From assembly GCA_047456295.1 (NCBI GenBank), contig CP179887.1, forward strand, positions 45,944-109,943: a stretch of 64,000 nt of DNA. Direction: 5' to 3'. Positions 57,686 to 64,000 of this stretch are shown here, one piece after another (positions within the stretch are counted from its first letter, which is position 1; every line of letters starts with the position of its first letter). The translations under genes were made by a program, and so were the position numbers. The DNA comes from Candidatus Nealsonbacteria bacterium (GTDB lineage Bacteria; Patescibacteriota; Minisyncoccia; Minisyncoccales; JANBVM01). The notes beneath the pieces are model-generated. The model ran no database searches, was not told where the DNA came from, and was given only the letters and a program-made list of their open reading frames with translations.

Positions 57686-58653
57686 AAAGTGTTACCCCAT
57701 CAAAACTTAGAAAAGGAGATGAGATAAGAGTCATAGCTCCTGCTAAAAGTTTCAAGACCTCCTTCACAGAAGAGAGAATGGCAACCGCAATGAAAAGGTT
57801 TGAAGAAATGGGTCTGAAAGTTAGTTTTGGAAAACATGTCTACGAACGGAATGAATTTGAATCCACAACTATTGAACATCGACTAGAAGATTTACATGAT
57901 GCTTTTTCAGACAACAACGTAAAAGGGATTTTAACTGTTCTTGGAGGTACCCATTCCAATCAGCTTTTGAAGTATATAGATTACGACCTCATCAGTAATA
58001 ATCCTAAAATCTTATGCGGACTATCGGACATCACTTCCTTGGCAAATGCAATACATGCTAAAACAGGACTGGTGACATATTCTGGACCACACTTCACGTT
58101 GTTTGGTGTAAATAAAGCAATTGACTATACTGTCGATTATTTTAAGCAATGTTTTTTTACAAACGAATCAATAGACGTACAAGCTTCGGAGCATTTTTGT
58201 AATGATAGATGGGACAGTGAAGAAATTCCAAACGATGGAATGTGGCTCATCAATCGTGGTGAAGCTCAAGGAAAAGTTCTCGGCGGTAATATGGTCACTT
58301 TCAATCTTCTGCAAGGGAGTGAATACTTTCCTGATATCTCTGATTCAATCATCTTTGTGGAAGACAACGCAAAAGAAAGTATTCGCGCCTTTGAAAATCA
58401 CTTACAATCACTTATCAACCAACCAAATTTTTCCAAAGTGATAGGGTTAGTAATTGGCAGGTTTCAAGAAGGTACTGGAATGACAAAAAAGTTACTTACA
58501 CAAATCGTTCAAACAAAAAAAGAATTTAACAATTTACCTGTTATTGCAAATGTGGATTTTGGACATACAATCCCAATGATTACTTTCCCCATCGGAGGCG
58601 AATGCAAAATTGCAGCAAAGGACGATCCTAGGATTAAGATAACCAAACACTAA
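57682..58653 (+). CDS. S66-family LD-carboxypeptidase (LdcA/MccF-like)
   Basis: GLSDITSL nucleophile-Ser motif; 323 aa. Confidence 0.7.
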   Translation: MKSVTPSKLRKGDEIRVIAPAKSFKTSFTEERMATAMKRFEEMGLKVSFGKHVYERNEFESTTIEHRLEDLHDAFSDNNVKGILTVLGGTHSNQLLKYIDYDLISNNPKILCGLSDITSLANAIHAKTGLVTYSGPHFTLFGVNKAIDYTVDYFKQCFFTNESIDVQASEHFCNDRWDSEEIPNDGMWLINRGEAQGKVLGGNMVTFNLLQGSEYFPDISDSIIFVEDNAKESIRAFENHLQSLINQPNFSKVIGLVIGRFQEGTGMTKKLLTQIVQTKKEFNNLPVIANVDFGHTIPMITFPIGGECKIAAKDDPRIKITKH

Positions 58654-58930
58654 TTATGGACAAAATGAAACAAGAAAGCACGGTCAATTTGATTATATAA
58701 AAAGCATTGGATGCTACCTAGACAGTGTGTGAACCGACATCAATATCCTTGTATAGTTCAAGAACGCGTACCGATGCAGCAAGCGGAAGCGATTGAAATT
58801 TTAAAGACTATTTTATCTAAAGACCATTAAAACAGGTTCTAACCTCGTCCAGCCCCCGGAGTCAGCTTGTGCTCGGTTCGAGGGACCGAGACACTTTCGG
58901 TTCGAATCCTAACCCCACAGATGGTAAAAT

Positions 58931-58961
58931 CAAGCTTGAAAGAAGCTTGCTTTTTTATTAA
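58931..58961 (+). terminator. intrinsic terminator
   Basis: caagctt-gaaag-aagcttg followed by CTTTTTT. Confidence 0.6.
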
Positions 58962-58989
58962 ATTTAGGGAAAGGTTAAAATAGTGACTT

Positions 58990-59925
58990 ATGGAGATAAA
59001 AAACACAAAACCATCTTTTCGTTGTGTGTTACATGGAAGTTTCCGCAAATACTGGGATTTAATTAAAAGAACACATCGTATCTTTACTGAAGCCGGTATA
59101 GAAGTTTTGGCGCCTCGTGAAACAGAAATAACTTCTTCTACAGAAGGCTTCGCATTTTTAGAAGGTGAAGAAGATAAAGACCCTCGGATGGTTGAGTTGC
59201 TATATCTGCATAATCTTAAACGATTAGGGGAAAACGGTTTTAGTTATTTTGTAGATCCAGAAGGATACATAGGCAAAAGTGCATCTTATGAACTTGGCAT
59301 TGCACAAGTTACAAATATAAGGTGCTTCTTCTTCGATACCCCAAGGGACCACCCAGCTTATATTCATAGAAATGCTATTTGGAAACCTGAAAACCTCACT
59401 ACATTTATACGAGAGAAAGGAAGATTACCTGAGCCTCAAGTAGAGCCGGACAAACAAAAGATTCATAAGCTTTGGGAAGATTTAATGGTACCTGGTTCTG
59501 TAGTAGCTGCGGGAGGCATTATTGAGTATGACTCTGATAAAAAAGAGAAAGAAATTCTTTTAGTAAAGACTCATAAGTGGAAAGGACGATATTCGATTGT
59601 GGGGGGTAAGCTTCGCAGAAATGAAAGACTTGAAGATGCTTTACTTAGAGAAGTTAAAGAAGAAACAGGATTGGTAGGAAGGGTTGGAGAACATCTTTGC
59701 ACTTTTGACCAGATAAAAAACTCTGGTTATTACTTGCCTGGAATACAACATATTTTTGTTGATAATGTAGTTCATGTTAGAAGTAAACACGTTCGTTTGA
59801 ATGAAGAAGCAGAAGATTATATTTGGATACCAGCACGAATTGCGCTTCGTGAACTTTCAATAGAACCAAATGCTCGTCATACACTTCAATTATATGCTGA
59901 CAGCTTTTCTGTGTTAAGTAACTGA
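58990..59925 (+). CDS. fusion: nucleoside 2-deoxyribosyltransferase-like N-domain + Nudix hydrolase C-domain
   Basis: Nudix box GGKLRRNERLEDALLREVKEETGL; N-terminal flavodoxin-like NDT-type region (VLAP...SYELGIA). Confidence 0.6.
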   Translation: MEIKNTKPSFRCVLHGSFRKYWDLIKRTHRIFTEAGIEVLAPRETEITSSTEGFAFLEGEEDKDPRMVELLYLHNLKRLGENGFSYFVDPEGYIGKSASYELGIAQVTNIRCFFFDTPRDHPAYIHRNAIWKPENLTTFIREKGRLPEPQVEPDKQKIHKLWEDLMVPGSVVAAGGIIEYDSDKKEKEILLVKTHKWKGRYSIVGGKLRRNERLEDALLREVKEETGLVGRVGEHLCTFDQIKNSGYYLPGIQHIFVDNVVHVRSKHVRLNEEAEDYIWIPARIALRELSIEPNARHTLQLYADSFSVLSN

Positions 59926-59962
59926 TTTATAAGACAGGTTCTAAAATCGTTCGTCCTTCGGA

Positions 59963-60026
59963 GCTAAAAAATCGCTAAATAGGCGATTTTTTGATAAAAT
60001 AAACAATATAAGTAAAAAATATTAAT
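59963..60026 (+). promoter_or_regulatory. repeat module F
   Basis: aaatcgc-taaatag-gcgattt perfect 7-bp stem, tttTGATAAAAT, then 26 nt to ATG. Confidence 0.5.
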
Positions 60027-60653
60027 ATGGCTTTAATCAATAACCTAATCCAACAAGGTTGGTTAAAAACACCTAAAATTATTAAGGCTTTTAAAGAAAT
60101 CAAAAGAATTGATTTTTTGCCTGAAGATTCAAAAAATCTGGCTGAATTAAATGAACCCCTACCAATAGGATATGGACAGACAATATCTCAACCATTGGTT
60201 GTAGCTTTTATGATAGAACACCTCCAACCTAAACAAGGCCATAAGATTTTAGATATTGGTTCAGGTTCAGGCTGGACAACAGCCTTGTTGTCTTACATTG
60301 TAGGACCCAAAGGAAAGGTAATAGCCATTGAAGTTATTCCAGAATTAAAGGAGTTTGGAAAGAAAAACGTATCAAAATACAACTTTATACAAAAAGGAAT
60401 AGCAGAATTTATATGTGCAGATGGTTCAAAAGGGTATGAAATAAAAGCCCCTTTCGACAACATCTTAGCCTCAGCTTCAGCCCAGGAAATTCCTCAATCC
60501 TGGAAAGAACAATTGAGGATAGGTGGCAGTATTGTAACCCCTATTAAGTCTTCCATCTGGGTTTTCACCAAAAAATCAGAAAAAGACTTTGAGGAACGGG
60601 AATATCCTGGTTTTGCTTTTGTACCACTTATAACAAAGAATGAAAACACATGA
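60027..60653 (+). CDS. pcm: protein-L-isoaspartate O-methyltransferase
   Basis: GYGQTISQP...ILDIGSGSGWTTALL SAM motif. Confidence 0.85.
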   Translation: MALINNLIQQGWLKTPKIIKAFKEIKRIDFLPEDSKNLAELNEPLPIGYGQTISQPLVVAFMIEHLQPKQGHKILDIGSGSGWTTALLSYIVGPKGKVIAIEVIPELKEFGKKNVSKYNFIQKGIAEFICADGSKGYEIKAPFDNILASASAQEIPQSWKEQLRIGGSIVTPIKSSIWVFTKKSEKDFEEREYPGFAFVPLITKNENT

Positions 60654-61690
60654 AAGAGACTAATAAATCAACAATCTTTGTTTTTTGTTTTCTTGTTTTT
60701 TTTATATTTATCTGGCAACAGATTTATCTGCCTTTAAATTCTTCTGATACTGAAGATAGATTATTTTTAATTGAAAGAGGTCAGAATCTTTTTCAAATTT
60801 CTGGAAATCTGGAAAAACAAGTGATAAAGGACAGGTTTTCGTTTAATCTTTATGTGTTTTTAAAAGGCGGTGCAGGAAGGCTTCAGGCAGGGGAATATGT
60901 TTTTAATCCTTCAATGAGCATTGCAAGGATTGCTGATAAAATAATTTCTGGTGATGTTGCAAAAGAAACCATATTGATTCCCGAAGGATGGAATTTAAAA
61001 GACATTGCCTGGTATCTGGAAAACAAAGGAATGTTTCAGGCAGAAGAACTTTTTGAATTAGTGGGTTTTCGCTTGATTGATTACTCCCACAATAGTGATT
61101 TGCCAGAACTCAAGGATTTTAGTTCAGATCATGATTTTTTAACTGATAAACCCAAGAATATAGGATTGGAGGGTTATCTTTTTCCTGACACCTATGAAAT
61201 AAAAAGGAATAGCAGTTTGGAAGAGATTGTTAGGAAAATACTGGATAATTTTGGCAAGAAATTAAGTGGAGAATTAAGGGAAGAAATAAAAAGACAGGAA
61301 AAAACAATCTTTGAAATAATAACAATAGCTTCTTTAATAGAAAAAGAAGTTAAAACACCTGAAGAGAAAAAAATAGTTTCTGGAATCTTATGGAAAAGAT
61401 TGAAAAACAAAATACCTTTGCAGGTTGACGCTACCATAAACTATATTACTGGTAAAAAAACAACAAAGGTTTTAATACAAGAAACCAAGATTGATTCTCC
61501 TTATAACACCTATAAATATGGAGGATTACCTTTGGGTCCCATCTGCAACCCTGGAATTGAAAGCATTATATCAGCCCTCTATCCTGAAAGCAGTGAATAT
61601 TCTTATTATCTGTCTACTTCTGAAGGAGAAACCCTTTTTAGTAAAACCCTGGAAGAACATAATTTAAAAAAAGCTCAGTATCTTAAATAA
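60650..61690 (+). CDS. mltG: endolytic murein transglycosylase MltG/YceG
   Basis: N-terminal TM; SPYNTYKYGGLPLGPICNPG motif. Confidence 0.85.
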   Translation: MKETNKSTIFVFCFLVFFIFIWQQIYLPLNSSDTEDRLFLIERGQNLFQISGNLEKQVIKDRFSFNLYVFLKGGAGRLQAGEYVFNPSMSIARIADKIISGDVAKETILIPEGWNLKDIAWYLENKGMFQAEELFELVGFRLIDYSHNSDLPELKDFSSDHDFLTDKPKNIGLEGYLFPDTYEIKRNSSLEEIVRKILDNFGKKLSGELREEIKRQEKTIFEIITIASLIEKEVKTPEEKKIVSGILWKRLKNKIPLQVDATINYITGKKTTKVLIQETKIDSPYNTYKYGGLPLGPICNPGIESIISALYPESSEYSYYLSTSEGETLFSKTLEEHNLKKAQYLK

Positions 61691-61694
61691 AATC

Positions 61695-62327
61695 ATGAAT
61701 AGAGTTTTGGTATTATTTATCATTGCTGCTATAATAATAACAGGATTTTTAGCTTATAATCACTTAATCAAAAAACAAGTTTATATGCCACAGGATAATA
61801 AAAAAGCTGTAATAATTATATCTTTTCGTAATTTTAGAGACGCAGAATATTTCATTCCTAAAGAAATTTTAGAAGAAGCAGGTGTTGAGATAAAGACTGC
61901 TTCAAATAAAATAGGATTAGCTATCGGGTCAGATGGAGGAGAGGTAAACATAGATTTGCTGGTTTCTGACATAAATATAGGTGAATTTGATGCAGTGGTA
62001 TTTATTGGGGGTCCTGGCTGTCTTACCAGTTTGGATAATGAACAATCATATAACATAGCAAGAGAGGCAGTTTCTCAAAACAAACTTCTTGCCTCAATTT
62101 GTATTTCCCCTGTTATCTTAGCTAAGGCTGGTGTGTTGGAAGGGAAAAAGGCTACTGTATGGAGTTCTCCTATGGATAAAAGTGCGGTTAAGACCCTGGA
62201 AGAAAAAGGTGTCCTTTACCAGACAGAGCCTGTGGTTGTTGATGGAAAGATTATTACTGCTAATGGTCCTGCTGCTGCCAAGGGTTTTGGCCAGGCTATA
62301 ATTGAAGGGTTGACAAAAAGTTATTAA
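61695..62327 (+). CDS. DJ-1/PfpI-family protein
   Basis: nucleophile-elbow ASICISPVIL; FIGGPG motif. Confidence 0.75.
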   Translation: MNRVLVLFIIAAIIITGFLAYNHLIKKQVYMPQDNKKAVIIISFRNFRDAEYFIPKEILEEAGVEIKTASNKIGLAIGSDGGEVNIDLLVSDINIGEFDAVVFIGGPGCLTSLDNEQSYNIAREAVSQNKLLASICISPVILAKAGVLEGKKATVWSSPMDKSAVKTLEEKGVLYQTEPVVVDGKIITANGPAAAKGFGQAIIEGLTKSY

Positions 62328-62503
62328 AAATATATATTGAAATATCCACAGACAGCAGGTTTATCCTCTTAGATAGGAGAGGATATCTAATGAGTAAAGT
62401 AAATCCTGCCGAGGATACCAGATATCTCTGGTAGAGTAGGTAATAGGTAAGAGATAAAATCCTTAAGTCTGTGATATGCACAGATTTTTGTTTTTTTAAT
62501 ATC

Positions 62504-63016
62504 ATGGCAAAATCTAAAGAACAAAAGAAAAAAATATTAGAGGAATTAAAAGAAAATATATCTAAACAAAAAACACTGGTTTTTATTGATTTTACGGGTT
62601 TGAAAATGGAAGATATGTTTGGCTTAAGAAAGAAATTAAAGAAAGCTGATGCTCAATTAAAGGTTGCTAAAAAAACCTTAATTCAGTTAGCTTTAAAACA
62701 AAGCGGTTTAAAAACAGATGTAAAAAAAATAAAGGGAGAATTGGGTTTGGTGTTTGGATATAAAGATGAGATATCTCCTGTAAAGGTGGTTCATGAGTTT
62801 TCCAGAGAAAATCCTTGTTTGAAGATTTTAGGAGGATTCTTTGAAAATGAATTCAAAGAAGCTGAAGATTTTATAGCTTTAGCTCAGCTTCCTTCAAAAC
62901 AAGAGCTTTTAGCAAGATTATCTGGGAGTTTGGCAGCTCCAGTAGTAAATTTTGTTAGGGCTTTACAATACAATTTAAAAGGTCTAGTTTATATATTATC
63001 AACAATTAAAGAGTAA
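62504..63016 (+). CDS. rplJ: 50S ribosomal protein L10
   Basis: MAKSKEQKKKILEELKENISKQKTLVFIDFTGLKMEDM; start moved to internal Met. Confidence 0.85.
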   Translation: MAKSKEQKKKILEELKENISKQKTLVFIDFTGLKMEDMFGLRKKLKKADAQLKVAKKTLIQLALKQSGLKTDVKKIKGELGLVFGYKDEISPVKVVHEFSRENPCLKILGGFFENEFKEAEDFIALAQLPSKQELLARLSGSLAAPVVNFVRALQYNLKGLVYILSTIKE

Positions 63017-63026
63017 TAATTAAAAT

Positions 63027-63548
63027 ATGGCTGAAGAAACAAAAAAAGAAGAAATAAAAGAGGAAATAAAGAAAGAAGAAAAAAAGGAAGAGGTAAAGAA
63101 AGAAGAAATAAAAGAAAAAGCTAAAGAAGAAAAGAAAGAAAAAAAAGAAACTCCTGTTAAGGTTCCTGCAAAATTTAAAAAGCTCATAGAAGAGATTGAA
63201 AAAATGAGTGTTTTAGATTTAGCAGAACTGGTCAAAATTTTAGAAAAGAAATTCGGCGTTTCAGCTGCTCCTCAGGTAGTGGCTGTAGCTGCCCCTGCTG
63301 GAGCTAAAGCTGCCCCTGTGGAAGAAAAGAGTGTTGTCAATATTGTTCTTACTGCTGTAGGAGCCAAGAAGATTGAAGTTATTAAAGCTGTAAGAGACGC
63401 AACTCAAAAAGGATTGAAAGATTCAAAAGATTTGGTTGATGCCGTGGCTTCAGGTCCCCAGACAGTTAAAGAGAATGTAAAGAAAGAAGAGGCTGAAGAG
63501 ATTAAAAAGAAATTTGAGGCAGCTGGTGCAAAAGTTGAGTTGAAATAA
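63027..63548 (+). CDS. rplL: 50S ribosomal protein L7/L12 with ~50-aa K/E-rich N-terminal extension
   Basis: C-terminal domain [24 protein letters not shown]...AAGAKVELK. Confidence 0.9.
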   Translation: MAEETKKEEIKEEIKKEEKKEEVKKEEIKEKAKEEKKEKKETPVKVPAKFKKLIEEIEKMSVLDLAELVKILEKKFGVSAAPQVVAVAAPAGAKAAPVEEKSVVNIVLTAVGAKKIEVIKAVRDATQKGLKDSKDLVDAVASGPQTVKENVKKEEAEEIKKKFEAAGAKVELK

Positions 63549-63623
63549 ATCCTTATAAAATCTCCTAGAAAAGAACTCTTTTTGAAGGGTTCTTTTTCAG
63601 TTTAAATGTGTTAAGCTAAAAGA

Positions 63624-64000
63624 ATGAGAAAAATGTCTTTGCGTGAGCTTTTCGAAAAGGAAAGAGAGGTTTTTGAGGGTTATAAAAAGACAAATCCTGA
63701 GTTGTTTGTATCTCCAGAGACCCAAGAAACGGAACTCCTCTTTCATATTGGAATTGGAATAGATTTTAAATCACGTCTGAAAGGGTATTTACGTCTCTAT
63801 TTCCATGATTTCATTGTTGAAGAATTATCAGTTAATAGAGAGATTTCTGAGATAGAACCAAGGGAGAGGAGGATAAAGGTTCCTTCAGACCCTTTTACCC
63901 TTTATTGTGGTTTGATTAAGGTAGGAATTTCCACTAAAGCTGCTATTTCAAGCTTGGCTAACGAGCTTGGAATTGGAGCTAATAAGATAGGGTATGCTGG
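63624..64000 (+). CDS. probable tRNA pseudouridine synthase TruD-like (5' partial, runs off window)
   Basis: DFIVEE N-terminal motif and GIGANKIGYAG approaching the GxKD catalytic motif. Confidence 0.4.
   Translation, partial: MRKMSLRELFEKEREVFEGYKKTNPELFVSPETQETELLFHIGIGIDFKSRLKGYLRLYFHDFIVEELSVNREISEIEPRERRIKVPSDPFTLYCGLIKVGISTKAAISSLANELGIGANKIGYA

Noticed and set aside
58839-59048. 69-aa minus-strand ORF across the tRNA-like segment
   Set aside because: It overlaps the start of the NDT-Nudix gene and the structured repeat, and shows no coding signal.
1-64000. CRISPR arrays or cas genes
   Set aside because: No regularly spaced direct repeats of 24-48 bp and no Cas-like ORFs were found. 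The repeated intergenic modules are separated by whole genes, not spacers.

Overview
AT-rich (roughly one-third GC), gene-dense bacterial segment whose content fits a small-genome CPR/Parcubacteria-like organism. Supporting features are K/E-rich tails on ribosomal proteins, short aaRS forms, and rplK not followed by rplA. Core genes present: mreB x2, holB, frr, rseP, proS, gatCAB, rlmN, pheST, gyrB, secE-nusG-rplK, tmk, deoC, miaAB, thrS, dnaE, rnhB, rpmF, nusB, rnc, rpsP, trmD, rpmG, rplJL, and six tRNAs. These are interleaved with accessory material. (1) An overlapping operon dcd / MtrA-like corrinoid-protein homolog / thymidylate-synthase-fold enzyme sits downstream of a DUF4430 protein and a polytopic membrane protein. 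(2) Two further TS-fold paralogs flank a P-loop kinase next to a Ham1 ITPase. (3) Two cassette-like arrays (12.4-17.3 kb and 56.1-60.0 kb) have each gene preceded by a conserved ~40-bp module: a 7-bp-stem hairpin, a T-run, an extended -10 (TGnTAnAAT), then ATG ~6 nt downstream, i.e. a leaderless start. tRNA 3'-end-like fragments, including tRNA-Asp 3' copies, lie beside these modules. (4) gyrB carries a 527-aa LAGLIDADG intein. (5) A 3.5-kb, GC-richer insertion is bounded by 61-bp direct repeats that duplicate the rnhB promoter and first codons. (6) A kinase paralog is interrupted by an in-frame TAA, and a histidine-kinase fragment is present. No CRISPR array and no rRNA were found.
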